From positions 5,917 through 69,916 of the forward strand of contig DAOSBX010000016.1 in NCBI GenBank assembly GCA_035361075.1: DNA of 64,000 bases. Direction: 5' to 3'. The position numbers and the translations under genes were made by a program. The stretch comes from Candidatus Hydrogenedens sp. (GTDB lineage: Bacteria; Hydrogenedentota; Hydrogenedentia; Hydrogenedentales; Hydrogenedentaceae). The notes under the pieces are model-generated. The model ran no database searches. It was not told the DNA's origin and saw only the letters and a program-made list of their open reading frames with translations. The number at the start of each line of letters is the position of its first letter. Position 1 is the stretch's first letter. Of this stretch, positions 19,484-30,195 are shown one piece after another.

Positions 19484-21796
19484 ATGAATGTAGCACAGAT
19501 AATAGACCAACTCCAAAAAAACAAGCAATTTAAACAGAATCTAACCGCGTGGAACGTTATACCAGCAGAGCCTGCCCGTTATGCCAGTTTCCCTCCTGAA
19601 TTAGATAAACGCTTGATACATGCCCTGTCAAAAAATGGTATTTATCAACTCTATACACATCAAGCAGAGGCTGTTGAATCTGCTTTTCGTGGAGAGAATT
19701 TATGCATTGTAACGCCAACAGCCTCTGGAAAAACTCTTTGTTATAATCTTCCCGTCCTGCAGGAAATCTTAAAAAATCCATCCTCACGTGCTCTTTATTT
19801 ATTTCCTACCAAAGCATTGTCTCAGGACCAAGTCCACGAACTGAAAGACATAAGTGAAAAATTAGAAATAGGGATAAGAACATACACCTTTGATGGGGAT
19901 ACCCCTACCACAGCACGCCAAGCCATTCGTAGTGCTGGACAAATAGTTGTTACGAATCCCGATATGCTCCACACAGGCATTTTACCTCATCATACCATCT
20001 GGATTCATTTATTTGAAAACTTGAAATATGTTGTTATTGACGAAATCCATTACTATCGGGGTGTATTAGGTAGCCATTTAGCAAACATTCTGCGCCGATT
20101 AAAACGTATTGCATCATTTTACGGTTCCAACCCGCAATACATTTGCTGTAGTGCCACAATTGCCAACCCAAAAGAATTAGCAGAAAAACTAATTGAAGCA
20201 CCTGTAACCCTTATTGACAAAAACGGGGCACCTCGTTCAGAAAAACATTTTTTATTTTATAACCCCCCCGTCATCGACCGCGATTTAGGTATCCGCAAAT
20301 CCTCAACAAAAGAAGCAACTCGTATCGCTTCTGAACTTATCTCAAAAGACATTCAGACCATTATTTTTGCAAGAAGTCGTCTTCAGGTAGAAATTGTAAC
20401 CACGTATTTAAAGGACATGGCACGACATAAAAATATTGCAGAGCATCGGGTATGTGGGTATCGTGGTGGATATTTACCAACAGAACGTCGAGCCATCGAG
20501 GAGGGACTTCGCAAAGGAGACATCCTATCCGTGGTCAGTACCAATGCTCTGGAATTAGGCATTGATATTGGCTCGTTGGACGCATGTATTATGGTAGGTT
20601 ACTCTGGAAGTATATCCAGCACATGGCAACAGGCAGGTAGAGCGGGTAGAAGACAAGGAACGTCCTTGGTTATCTTAGTTGCTTCCAGCTCTCCATTAGA
20701 CCAATTTATCGTAACCCATCCCGAATATTTCTTCAGCCAAACCGCAGAAAACGCAACTCTGGATCCCAATAACCTTTATATCCTTACAAGCCACTTAAAA
20801 TGTGCAGCCTTTGAACTTCCCTTTATGGAAGGTGAAATATTTGGCTTGGATGAACATTCAACTCAGGCTATTTTAGAGTTCTTAGAAGAACAACACATTT
20901 TACATAAAGTCAAAAAGCAATGGCATTGGAGTGCAGAGTCATATCCAGCCCAAGACATTAGCCTTCGCACAGCAGCCCCTGGAAATGTTGTCATTCTTGA
21001 CAGTCAGAATCAGGGAAGGGTTATAGGAGAGGTAGATTATTTCTCCGCACCATCCGAAGTTTTCGAGAATGCCATCTATATTCATCAAAGCGAAACCTAC
21101 ACCATTGAACATCTTGACTTAGAAGACCGCAAAGCATACGCACGAGCAGTAGAAACAGACTACTACACCGATGCAGAACTTAAGGTAGATTTGGGCATTT
21201 TGAATCCTTGTGAAGAAAGGGAAGAACCTCTTCATACCTGTATTTGGGGTGAACTCAAGGTAACATGGCTACCAACCATTTATAAAAAAATTAAATTTGG
21301 TACTCATGAAAATGTAGGCTGGGGGGAAATTCATCTTCCAGAACAAACCATGCATACCCTCGGGTACTGGATAGAATTATCCGACACACTTATTCAAGAA
21401 GCCCGTATACCAGAAGAACATTTAAGCGATGCCTTGGTTTCGCTCGTTAATACGCTTCGTCAGGTGGCTCCAGTACAGGTGTTGTGTGACCCTGCTGATA
21501 TTCGTGCACATGCCATGCTAAAAGCACCCATCTCACAAAAGCCAACGCTCTTCCTTTATGAGAGGTATCCTGGCGGTGTTGGACTAAGCGAAAAATTATT
21601 TCATCACCACTACGAACTCATCAAAGCCAGCCTTTCACTTCTTGAAAGCTGTCCATGTAGAAATGGTTGTCCAAGTTGTGTAGGTCCAGCCATTGAGATA
21701 GGAAGCCTTGGAAAACAACATGCTTTACAGTTAGCCCAAGCCTTACGTCATGCCCAAGAGCAACGAAATGTAATCCCTTTTCAAAAACGGAGTTAA
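19484..21796 (+). CDS. mrfA: DExH-box helicase with C-terminal DUF1998 four-Cys domain (MrfA/YprA-like)
   Basis: Walker A TPTASGKT, DEIHYYRG (DExH), helicase C motifs (QQAGRAGRR), and C-terminal CPCRNGCPSCVGP DUF1998 signature. Confidence 0.85.
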   Translation: MNVAQIIDQLQKNKQFKQNLTAWNVIPAEPARYASFPPELDKRLIHALSKNGIYQLYTHQAEAVESAFRGENLCIVTPTASGKTLCYNLPVLQEILKNPSSRALYLFPTKALSQDQVHELKDISEKLEIGIRTYTFDGDTPTTARQAIRSAGQIVVTNPDMLHTGILPHHTIWIHLFENLKYVVIDEIHYYRGVLGSHLANILRRLKRIASFYGSNPQYICCSATIANPKELAEKLIEAPVTLIDKNGAPRSEKHFLFYNPPVIDRDLGIRKSSTKEATRIASELISKDIQTIIFARSRLQVEIVTTYLKDMARHKNIAEHRVCGYRGGYLPTERRAIEEGLRKGDILSVVSTNALELGIDIGSLDACIMVGYSGSISSTWQQAGRAGRRQGTSLVILVASSSPLDQFIVTHPEYFFSQTAENATLDPNNLYILTSHLKCAAFELPFMEGEIFGLDEHSTQAILEFLEEQHILHKVKKQWHWSAESYPAQDISLRTAAPGNVVILDSQNQGRVIGEVDYFSAPSEVFENAIYIHQSETYTIEHLDLEDRKAYARAVETDYYTDAELKVDLGILNPCEEREEPLHTCIWGELKVTWLPTIYKKIKFGTHENVGWGEIHLPEQTMHTLGYWIELSDTLIQEARIPEEHLSDALVSLVNTLRQVAPVQVLCDPADIRAHAMLKAPISQKPTLFLYERYPGGVGLSEKLFHHHYELIKASLSLLESCPCRNGCPSCVGPAIEIGSLGKQHALQLAQALRHAQEQRNVIPFQKRS

Positions 21797-21799
21797 GAC

Positions 21800-23197
21800 G
21801 TGGAGAAAAAGCCATTATCGATAGAACAACTCGCTGAAAAGTTAGGATTAAAAAAAGCATCTCTTTTATCACCACCTAATGTTCCCAAAAAAGAATCCAA
21901 ACAAGATGATACCCCAAAAGATTCAATTCTGAGTGAAGAAACTGTTAAAAACCCGTCTTCCGCCCCATCATCAATAATTCAAAAATTACGTGAAAAATTG
22001 AATGAAACAGTCTCTATCACTTCTTCACCGATATCCCACGGAGTAAAGGGGAAGAGAGACACGGATTTCTCCAGTGGAACTATTATCGGGACAGAAGACA
22101 GCCAATGTTTATGGTTTTCTGAAATATATCCACACCCCTATACCTATGGTGAGGTTGTGCTTTCTGATGCCTTACATTTTTCAACCCATGAATTAAAAAT
22201 TTCTTCTGCAGGTACAGAATCTTTAGATTTCGAGGTTGAAAAAGCCCTTTTTATAGATACCGAAACAACCTCATGCTTTGGAGGTACGGGAACTGTTGCC
22301 TTTTTAGTCGGAATTGGATATTTCAAAGATAACGATTTTTATTTAGAACAGTTTTTTATGAGAGATTATGATGACGAACCCGCCCTTCTCTTAGCATTGG
22401 ATGAACGGATTAAGAATGCCTCGCTTTTTATAGGTTATAATAGTAAATGTTTCGACCTACCTCTGATTCGAAACCGCTATCGTATGAACCGCCTTCCTTT
22501 CCATGGCGAACATCTTTTTCATTTCGACCTTATGCATGTAGCACGTCGTTTTTGGAATCGAAGACTTCGTGATTGTTCTCTAAATACAGTTGAAAAAAAT
22601 ATCTTAAAAATTAGAAGATATGGCGATATCCCAGGCGCTGTAATTCCACGTCTCTGGTTAAATTTTATAGAGACAGGAAGAACCCACTACATTCCTCAAA
22701 TATTAGAGCATAATCGAAGAGACATTCTTTCCCTGGCAGGCCTTATGGCTTGGCTGGCACAACGTGTCCAAATTCCAAAAGGACAAGGATTCGAAGAGTT
22801 CTTAGACCGGTGTGCCTTAATTCGTTTGCAGATGAAATGTAATCAACACCTTCAAGCAGTAGAAATAGCAGAAGACTTACTCCAACAGACAGACTACCCT
22901 CCCATTCGTTCTGAATGTTGGAAAGCCCTTTCTGATATTTATCGAAAAATAGAAAAACCAGAAGAACGGCTACACATCCTTCTTCAATGGGCAAAAGAAG
23001 ATAAAGAGGTAATTTATCCACGAATTGAATTAGCTAAAATCTATGAACATCAGCAAAAAGATATTGAACAGGCACTATATTGGACCAACCAAGCTTTAGC
23101 TATCGAACCTACCAACATTGAACTTTCAAAACGAAAAAAAAGATTAGAGAAAAAAATGGAAACCATTAAAAATCGTGAATCGTCAGATTGGTTCTAA
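21800..23197 (+). CDS. mrfB: DEDDh (DnaQ/RNase T-like) exonuclease with C-terminal TPR, MrfB/YprB-like; low-complexity N-terminal extension
   Basis: GTG start 4 nt after the mrfA stop. Exo I motif LFIDTETTSCFGGTGTVAFLVGIGYF, later H-x4-D region, C-terminal TPR-like helices (ELAKIYEHQQKDIEQALYWTNQALAIEP). Confidence 0.7.
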   Translation: MEKKPLSIEQLAEKLGLKKASLLSPPNVPKKESKQDDTPKDSILSEETVKNPSSAPSSIIQKLREKLNETVSITSSPISHGVKGKRDTDFSSGTIIGTEDSQCLWFSEIYPHPYTYGEVVLSDALHFSTHELKISSAGTESLDFEVEKALFIDTETTSCFGGTGTVAFLVGIGYFKDNDFYLEQFFMRDYDDEPALLLALDERIKNASLFIGYNSKCFDLPLIRNRYRMNRLPFHGEHLFHFDLMHVARRFWNRRLRDCSLNTVEKNILKIRRYGDIPGAVIPRLWLNFIETGRTHYIPQILEHNRRDILSLAGLMAWLAQRVQIPKGQGFEEFLDRCALIRLQMKCNQHLQAVEIAEDLLQQTDYPPIRSECWKALSDIYRKIEKPEERLHILLQWAKEDKEVIYPRIELAKIYEHQQKDIEQALYWTNQALAIEPTNIELSKRKKRLEKKMETIKNRESSDWF

Positions 23198-23213
23198 TAC
23201 GTTTACCCTATTC

Positions 23214-24656
23214 TCACCACGTCTCCTCATCTTCTTTTTTCAATGGACAATCCAAACACTCAGGATGGGTTGCACAACCGTTTTTATACCATTGAATCAA
23301 AGCTTGCTGTTCATAAAACATTAATCTTTTATGTGGAAATAGAAATTCGGTATGGGTTTTCATCCTCCTTAAAATCCAATGGGTATTTTCTCCTGGCAGT
23401 AAATAAAAGAAATTCCACAATTGTCCTTCTCGCATGCCCCATAAACCTTCTTGTATACAAAAAATACAGAAAGGAATTACAATATTGCCTAATAAGGAAT
23501 ATATCCGTTCTTTCCCGAGAAGTTTTTTCGGGTACTGTTCCCTTTTCATCTCCCATGTTGTGTAATATGACCAATAAAAATGATAAACAGACAAGAAAGA
23601 TTCCCATAGAGACCATGGTTGGTCTAATCGTATACTTTTCTCAGCTATAGAAAGAAAGGTATCTGTAAGAGAATCCATTAGTTTGCACAAAATACCCGTT
23701 AACCACGCTAACTTAATAGGGGGTAACGCCGATGGATAGACAGAAGACACACAGGATGAGGTGCTTTCTAATTCTACATCATGCTTTATTACAGAACCTA
23801 AATATTCAATAAGGGTTTGTTCCAAAAGTAATGCGTATGGATTTTTTAATTGAATCCCTTTTTGCAAATACCCTGTCTGAGCCAAAAATACAGCCTCGGG
23901 AATTCGAGGGTCTTCTTGAACCCACTTTTTTATCATAGAATATGGGAACCGTCGACCCAACTCCATATACATCGGTCCATACTTAGAACCTGCTCCTAAA
24001 CCGTATAACATAAATTCATATAGGACCTGATCTAAAGAAACATTTTTAAATCGTGAACGTATCTGTTCTATCCGTTGCATCACTCGTTGCTGGGCTAACA
24101 TTTTAATTACAGATTGGTAATCAAAAGATATCTGCGAAACACATGGAGGTATACTCATGTTATTGCTTTTTTTAAAACTCTTCCCTGCTGTAAGGGGTAG
24201 AGTTTTCACCGTTTCTCGGCTCAACAATAACGTGGGTATGGTATTACCAAGAGAATTTACAGCCCCTGTAAATCCAATATCTACAGTTTCAACGATATGC
24301 AATAAAACACGATTATACCGTGCATCTAAGTGATGTCCATGGTGATACCATTCCTTTCCATCACGATGTATTTCTATATCCCCACGAAAAGGAACTCCAT
24401 TAATTTCAATCAATGCATCCTTAAAATCAGGTCCACTATATGGATTTTTATACCCCTGTGTTAAAATATTTATTCTCTGTCCTTCAAGAGTTACCCATTG
24501 TTTTTTTATATTTAATGTCTCAAGCCAAAGGTTTTGGAGTTCATATTCTGAAGATGTTTCGTGAAGGATATCGTGAATAGGTTCGAACCCCTTCGTTCTT
24601 CTTACATAACTAAAATCCTGTTCCACTGCCCTTGTCGCCATTCCACTCTCTCGCAT
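23214..24656 (-). CDS. DUF2851-family protein (function unknown)
   Basis: Recalled DUF2851 signature: LEGQRINILTQGYKNPYSGPDFKDALIEINGVPFRGDIEIHRDGKEWYHHGHHLDARYNRVLLHIV. The 5' end overlaps the upstream metallophosphoesterase gene by about 40-55 nt. Confidence 0.5.
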   Translation of the reverse strand: MRESGMATRAVEQDFSYVRRTKGFEPIHDILHETSSEYELQNLWLETLNIKKQWVTLEGQRINILTQGYKNPYSGPDFKDALIEINGVPFRGDIEIHRDGKEWYHHGHHLDARYNRVLLHIVETVDIGFTGAVNSLGNTIPTLLLSRETVKTLPLTAGKSFKKSNNMSIPPCVSQISFDYQSVIKMLAQQRVMQRIEQIRSRFKNVSLDQVLYEFMLYGLGAGSKYGPMYMELGRRFPYSMIKKWVQEDPRIPEAVFLAQTGYLQKGIQLKNPYALLLEQTLIEYLGSVIKHDVELESTSSCVSSVYPSALPPIKLAWLTGILCKLMDSLTDTFLSIAEKSIRLDQPWSLWESFLSVYHFYWSYYTTWEMKREQYPKKLLGKERIYSLLGNIVIPFCIFCIQEGLWGMREGQLWNFFYLLPGENTHWILRRMKTHTEFLFPHKRLMFYEQQALIQWYKNGCATHPECLDCPLKKEDEETW

Positions 24657-25498
24657 TGTATTTGTTTAGAGGTTATTTCATACAGCAAATAATGATGAAC
24701 CTGACTTTCTTCCGATAAACGTTGTTCTAATCGTGCACCACCACCTGCTGTTATTGTATATCTTACTCCATCTATGTTCCTTGAAACAAACCCATGTACA
24801 TGCCCCATAAAAACCTCTGTGACATGATACTCTTTCATAAGAGCATAAAACGTTTTCGTTCTCCAACGTACCCCTCTACCTTCTTCTGTTTTTACAAAAC
24901 TTGGCAGGTCTTCAGGTGGCTTATGCATAATGACAAAACGATAACTTACCCCTTGTTTCTGTAATGAATCTTTAAGAAATGTAAGTTGTGCATTGGTAAA
25001 CGACCAAAATGAGTTATTATTTATCCCAACAAACCGTGCAGGACCAAAATCAAATGTAAAGGTATCCACCCCATATATCTTTAAAAAAGCAGTATACTTT
25101 CGGTCTGGACCTTCTTCATGATTGCCTGGCACAGGAATAACAGGGATAGGTTGAGCCAATTCTGCCATGCGTAAATGATGTGCCAAATATTCCTCTACCC
25201 TTCCTCTACGCACGATATCCCCTGTCATTAGAATAAAAGCAGGTTGGTCCTTTACTACGGAAAGAATGATATCCCGTGCTACTCTATAATCACCACGTGT
25301 ATCACCAAATACAACAAATCGAAACCGTTTCCCTTGTGCTACTGATAAATTTTGCAACCGTTTTATCACATTTGGAATATTATGTCGGGACACATAGGGT
25401 TCTAATTTCTTCAAATCAACATCTGTCAAGGGTTCCTTTTTTCTACTCCACGGGAACCCCCTTCTAAAGAAATCTGTCCATCTTGACCATCTGTCCAC
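24602..25498 (-). CDS. Calcineurin-like metallophosphoesterase
   Basis: FVVFGDTRGD, LMTGDIV, PGNHE, MGHVHGF motifs. Confidence 0.75.
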   Translation of the reverse strand: MDRWSRWTDFFRRGFPWSRKKEPLTDVDLKKLEPYVSRHNIPNVIKRLQNLSVAQGKRFRFVVFGDTRGDYRVARDIILSVVKDQPAFILMTGDIVRRGRVEEYLAHHLRMAELAQPIPVIPVPGNHEEGPDRKYTAFLKIYGVDTFTFDFGPARFVGINNNSFWSFTNAQLTFLKDSLQKQGVSYRFVIMHKPPEDLPSFVKTEEGRGVRWRTKTFYALMKEYHVTEVFMGHVHGFVSRNIDGVRYTITAGGGARLEQRLSEESQVHHYLLYEITSKQIQCERVEWRQGQWNRILVM

Positions 25499-25528
25499 GT
25501 AGATATTGCCTTTGTCGGATGTTACCTA

Positions 25529-27202
25529 TCAATCTTCAAAGACAGCGCCTGTATCTGCACTGGTAACAAATTTTTGATACCGTTTTAACCAACCTGTAAG
25601 TTTGCGGTCTGGAGGAGGGGGTAAGCTTGCTTTTCGCCGTTGCAACTCCACATCATCTACCAATAAGGTTAACCTTCGAGCTGGAATATCAATTTCAATC
25701 ATATCCCCGTCCTTCACCAGGGCTATCGGTCCTCCTGCTGCTGCCTCAGGGCTCACATGCCCAATACAGGCACCTCGAGTCCCTCCTGAAAATCTACCGT
25801 CGGTAATTAAACTTACCGAAGTTCCCAACCCTTTGCCCATAATCGCAGACGTAGGGGCTAACATTTCACGCATTCCTGGACCACCTTTAGGCCCTTCGTA
25901 TCGTATCACAACAACATCCCCAGGTTTTACCTTATCCCCTAAAATACCCATCATTGCCTCTTCTTCACTCTCAAACACAACTGCTGGACCTTTATGCCGA
26001 AGGATAGATGGGTCTACTCCAGCCTCTTTTACAACAGCACCTCGGGGTGCAAGATTTCCAAATAAAATTGCCAACCCACCCGTATTGCTATATGCGTTTT
26101 CTAACGTGCGTATTACTTCTGTATCTTTTGAATGGCACCCCTGAATATTTTCTCCTATCGTCTTTAACGTCACTGTTTTACAGTTCAGATGAAGCGTTCC
26201 CTCCTTCCTTGATAATTCGCCTAAAATAGCAGAAATTCCACCTGCTCTATCTACATCTTCCATGTGATACTTCGAAGATGGCGATACTTTACAGAGATTG
26301 GGAACCCGTGCTGACACCTCATTCAAACGCTCTAAGGGATATTGAACCCCTGCTTCATGAGCCACAGCTAAGGTATGTAAAACGGTATTGGTTGACCCAC
26401 CCATAGCCATATCCAATGCAAATGCATTATCTATAGACTCAGGAGTAATAATATCCCTGGGCTTCAGATCTGCCTCTATAAGTTTTAAAATTTGAGCCCC
26501 GGCTTTCCGGACCAATTCTCTCCGTTCCGGAGTATCGGCAAGAACTGTTCCATTTCCTGGTAGTGCAATACCAATCGCCTCACACAAACAATTCATAGAG
26601 TTCGCTGTGAACATTCCTGAACATGAACCACATCCTGGACAGGCAGAACGTTCTAACACCTCTAACTCTTCATCTGTTAATTTCCCTTGCTTATATGTGC
26701 CTACCCCTTCAAACACACTTATAAGGTCTACTACTCGTCCATCCTTTAACCGACCCGCTCTCATTGGACCACCAGAGACAAAAATAGTTGGAATATTACA
26801 CCGCACAGCCCCCATAAGCATTCCAGGTACAATCTTGTCGCAATTCGGAATACATACCAAACCATCAAATGGGTGTGCCTTGACCATCGTCTCCAACGAA
26901 TCCGCAATTAATTCGCGGGAAGGAAGACTGTACTTCATACCTGCATGTCCCATGGCTATTCCATCATCGACACCTATCATATTAAATTCAAACGGAATGC
27001 CTCCAGCCTGTTCTATCGCCTCTTTCACAAGTCGACCAAGTTCATTCAGATGAACATGTCCAGGAATAATTTCCACAAAGCTGTTACAAACACCAATAAA
27101 AGGCTTATTAAAATCAGATGGAGATTTAATTTTACCTGTTGCCCATAACAAGGAACGGTGAGGTGCTCTTTCAAATCCCTTCTTAAAAATATCACTACGC
27201 AT
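25529..27202 (-). CDS. ilvD: Dihydroxy-acid dehydratase
   Basis: 557 aa with [24 protein letters not shown] [Fe-S] motif; full-length IlvD/EDD family similarity. Confidence 0.95.
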   Translation of the reverse strand: MRSDIFKKGFERAPHRSLLWATGKIKSPSDFNKPFIGVCNSFVEIIPGHVHLNELGRLVKEAIEQAGGIPFEFNMIGVDDGIAMGHAGMKYSLPSRELIADSLETMVKAHPFDGLVCIPNCDKIVPGMLMGAVRCNIPTIFVSGGPMRAGRLKDGRVVDLISVFEGVGTYKQGKLTDEELEVLERSACPGCGSCSGMFTANSMNCLCEAIGIALPGNGTVLADTPERRELVRKAGAQILKLIEADLKPRDIITPESIDNAFALDMAMGGSTNTVLHTLAVAHEAGVQYPLERLNEVSARVPNLCKVSPSSKYHMEDVDRAGGISAILGELSRKEGTLHLNCKTVTLKTIGENIQGCHSKDTEVIRTLENAYSNTGGLAILFGNLAPRGAVVKEAGVDPSILRHKGPAVVFESEEEAMMGILGDKVKPGDVVVIRYEGPKGGPGMREMLAPTSAIMGKGLGTSVSLITDGRFSGGTRGACIGHVSPEAAAGGPIALVKDGDMIEIDIPARRLTLLVDDVELQRRKASLPPPPDRKLTGWLKRYQKFVTSADTGAVFED

Positions 27203-27497
27203 AACTATTTTCCTTATTTTTAATTACTCTTTGACTTTACAATGTTCAAATTTTATCATATACAGGAACCCCAAATAAATTGTCGCTTCTATCTCTATTA
27301 AATAGATGCTACAGATATACACCTAAAACCTCTGATTAAATTTTTGAAATACATTCCTCTGTTCTAACTATAAATAGCAAATAGAAACTTAAATTAAGTA
27401 AATACAAAAAAAAGAACTTAAGTATAATAATGTCAGATTAAAAAGATTCAACAAACATGATATTATAAATGCATATCAAATAAAAGGTAAATATGTA

Positions 27498-28445
27498 TTG
27501 GTGCTAAAAAATATTAAACCTTCTCATATCTTAATTATCTGTGGACTTATCCTTTCGTTGTCTCTTTCTTTCTATCTATACGTTTATTCATCTTTTTCAA
27601 AGGCAACAGGATATAAATATTTCGTTCAGGATAATACCGTCGGCTATGTAATTACTCAACCTTCTCATATTCAGGCTTATATTCGAAAATTGGCTCCTTC
27701 AGCTACTCGATGGATAAAACAAGTTCCAAGATTCACATCCCTCCAACCTGTACCGATACGACTGGACTGGTTCCATAACCTACCTCGAGAAGCCTCTTTA
27801 GTATTCCATTACATCCCGTCCATGGGCTTTGAAACGCGCTTTATTATTCGAGAAAAACGAAATAGTTCCGCCTTCATTGAAGAACTTCATGCCTCTCATT
27901 TCGTAAAAGAGCTACGATTTATCCAATGGAAAAGCCATCAGTTTGCTAATATCCAAAGAGACATATGGCTCAACGAAGGCTTTATCTATGGGAAACCGCC
28001 ATATGCTCAGGATGTATCAATACAAACCTATACTTTGCCTTTACAAAACAATCATCTTGTCGAGATTTTTTGGTTAAACACAGACCAGAACTTATCTATT
28101 CTATTAGACCAGATATATCAGTCCTTCCCATCTCTACTCCGAAACTACTTGATAGATTGGCAAACAGCCATCGAAAACATATATTGGATTCACAGCACCT
28201 TAGATTTAAAAGAGGACAATTTATGTCAAGGTGTACTAAATATTCAGGCAACCAATCCCATAAAAATCGATGAAATTCGACAAGGAGTTCAGTCCTTTAA
28301 TGAATGGCTTCAATCCCAACTCCCGTCATCAATGAAGTTTGAACTTACAGAGGAAAACAATTTTGAAACTTTAACATGGAATATCCGTTTCTATGATTTC
28401 GAACCCCAATTAAAACGAGCATTAGGGAACTTCTCCAATGAATAG
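27498..28445 (+). CDS. Hypothetical N-terminally membrane-anchored protein
   Basis: 315 aa with TM near the N-terminus (ILIICGLILSLSLSFYLYVY). No recognisable domain. TTG/GTG start uncertain. Confidence 0.4.
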   Translation: MVLKNIKPSHILIICGLILSLSLSFYLYVYSSFSKATGYKYFVQDNTVGYVITQPSHIQAYIRKLAPSATRWIKQVPRFTSLQPVPIRLDWFHNLPREASLVFHYIPSMGFETRFIIREKRNSSAFIEELHASHFVKELRFIQWKSHQFANIQRDIWLNEGFIYGKPPYAQDVSIQTYTLPLQNNHLVEIFWLNTDQNLSILLDQIYQSFPSLLRNYLIDWQTAIENIYWIHSTLDLKEDNLCQGVLNIQATNPIKIDEIRQGVQSFNEWLQSQLPSSMKFELTEENNFETLTWNIRFYDFEPQLKRALGNFSNE

Positions 28446-28532
28446 AATATTCCAAGTTGGATTAAAACAAATTTCTTATGTAAAATGTATCATCAAAATA
28501 GACAATGAAATAAAAAAATAAGGAACAAAACA

Positions 28533-29534
28533 ATGTCACCAAACATTAAGAAGGGTTGTTTAATTTCTTTTCTTCTATTTCTCGTAGTTGTTATTGTGGT
28601 AATCCTTATTGTAACATGGCACGTTAGTAAAAGTTATGGACTTACTAAAGCACCGTATATCCCTATTCCAACTAAAATACCACCCAATGCAAACTGTCAA
28701 ATTGTTTTGCGAACTGACCCTGCCCTGCCTATTTTGGAAAGAGTTCTCCCTTGGGAACAACTAAAGAGTCAAACACCTATTCCTGCTCCTCAAACAACCA
28801 TACCCATGGCTTTACCTTATGAATTGGGTTTCTGGGCTGTTACAGAATTCGCCCGAAGTCACGTTTCCTTTTCGTTAATTATTAATGAAAAACGTTTAGG
28901 TCCAATTGCTTATGAGATACTTCAAACTGAGCGACCCTGGGAAAACATCAAACAAATCATCTGGGATAAAGAAGGCTTAACATTCCCACAAAGAGGCTTA
29001 CTTTCCATCACAGGAGCCCTAAAAATTCCAGAAGGTGTTGAGGAACAAGTTATTAAAGACTGGGGAACTCAACAAAAAGGAATATCTGCACGTCTTTCTT
29101 CGGAATCAAAGCATTTATTAGAGGCATACCTCGACCTTAAGAATGGAGAGATATTAGTATGGACTGCAAGTATCCTCAATGCTCAAGGCGTTGCTTGGGA
29201 AGAAGAGCTAAGAAACAATAAATTTGCAGGCATGGCATATGAAATCGCCAAGAAATTAGAACAATTACATATCCAGGCAGACCCATCAACCAAACCCGAC
29301 GAACTCATCTTGAAAGCAGTGTTACAAGCCCGTCCTGATGCACAAGGTGCCCTCGAATTCTTCATTAAAGGGATGGGCTTACCAATGGCTCAGGATTATT
29401 TAAAAACTCAATTTGGAATCCTTCTCGAAGGAAATTTTGCTTGGGATAGTAATCAAAGTGCTCTCGTTGGAGATTTTGTACTGAAAAATTACGAAGGCTT
29501 TCTAAAAACAAAATTAGCCACTCTCATTAAATAG
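28533..29534 (+). CDS. Hypothetical N-terminally membrane-anchored protein
   Basis: 333 aa with N-terminal TM (CLISFLLFLVVVIVVILIVTW). No recognisable domain. Confidence 0.4.
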   Translation: MSPNIKKGCLISFLLFLVVVIVVILIVTWHVSKSYGLTKAPYIPIPTKIPPNANCQIVLRTDPALPILERVLPWEQLKSQTPIPAPQTTIPMALPYELGFWAVTEFARSHVSFSLIINEKRLGPIAYEILQTERPWENIKQIIWDKEGLTFPQRGLLSITGALKIPEGVEEQVIKDWGTQQKGISARLSSESKHLLEAYLDLKNGEILVWTASILNAQGVAWEEELRNNKFAGMAYEIAKKLEQLHIQADPSTKPDELILKAVLQARPDAQGALEFFIKGMGLPMAQDYLKTQFGILLEGNFAWDSNQSALVGDFVLKNYEGFLKTKLATLIK

Positions 29535-29550
29535 ATACCAATTTCAATCA

Positions 29551-30153
29551 TCAATCCAAAGGTTTACGCCATTCCAATGCTTGTCGTAAGGTGTATTCAT
29601 CTGTGAGTTCCAACCCTGCTCCCATAGGTACACCATGGGCAATACGGCTGACTTTTATCCCTAATGGCTTTAATTGATGTGCAATATATAAAGCGGTTGC
29701 TTCCCCTTCACTTGTTGCACCCGTAGCAATAATCACCTCACGAACACCTCCTGATTTTACACGATGGAACAATCGCGATAAGCCTAACTCTTCCGGACCA
29801 ATTCCATCCAACGGACTTACTAATCCATTTAACACATAATATTTCCCCCGATAACCCCCTGAACGTTCAATTGCAACAACTCCAGATGGTTTTTCGACAA
29901 CACAAAGTAATTGTCCATCTCTATCTGTGGATAAACAAATAGAACATGGGTCGGTCTCACTAAAATCCTGGCATTCTGAACACCGTTTTATCTTGCTACG
30001 GACATCCGAAACGACCCTTACAAATTCAGACACATCTTCTTCACCAGAAGACAGAATATATAAAGCATAACGCTCTGCTGTTTTTTTACCTACCCCAGGT
30101 AATCGGCGGAATGTATTCACTAAGTCTTCAAAAAGTTTATTATGGAGTAACAT
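29551..30153 (-). CDS. recR: Recombination protein RecR
   Basis: HhH N-terminus, C4 zinc finger CSECQDFSETDPCSIC, Toprim domain (VVEKPSGVVAIE...). Confidence 0.95.
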   Translation of the reverse strand: MLLHNKLFEDLVNTFRRLPGVGKKTAERYALYILSSGEEDVSEFVRVVSDVRSKIKRCSECQDFSETDPCSICLSTDRDGQLLCVVEKPSGVVAIERSGGYRGKYYVLNGLVSPLDGIGPEELGLSRLFHRVKSGGVREVIIATGATSEGEATALYIAHQLKPLGIKVSRIAHGVPMGAGLELTDEYTLRQALEWRKPLD

Positions 30154-30195
30154 GAACTATAACTTTGAAATATGTTAACTACAACATAAGCCTAT

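Noticed and set aside
27203-27497. Leader-peptide attenuator or T-box upstream of ilvD
   Set aside because: No Ile/Val/Leu-rich leader ORF and no T-box-like conserved stem or specifier structure detected by eye.
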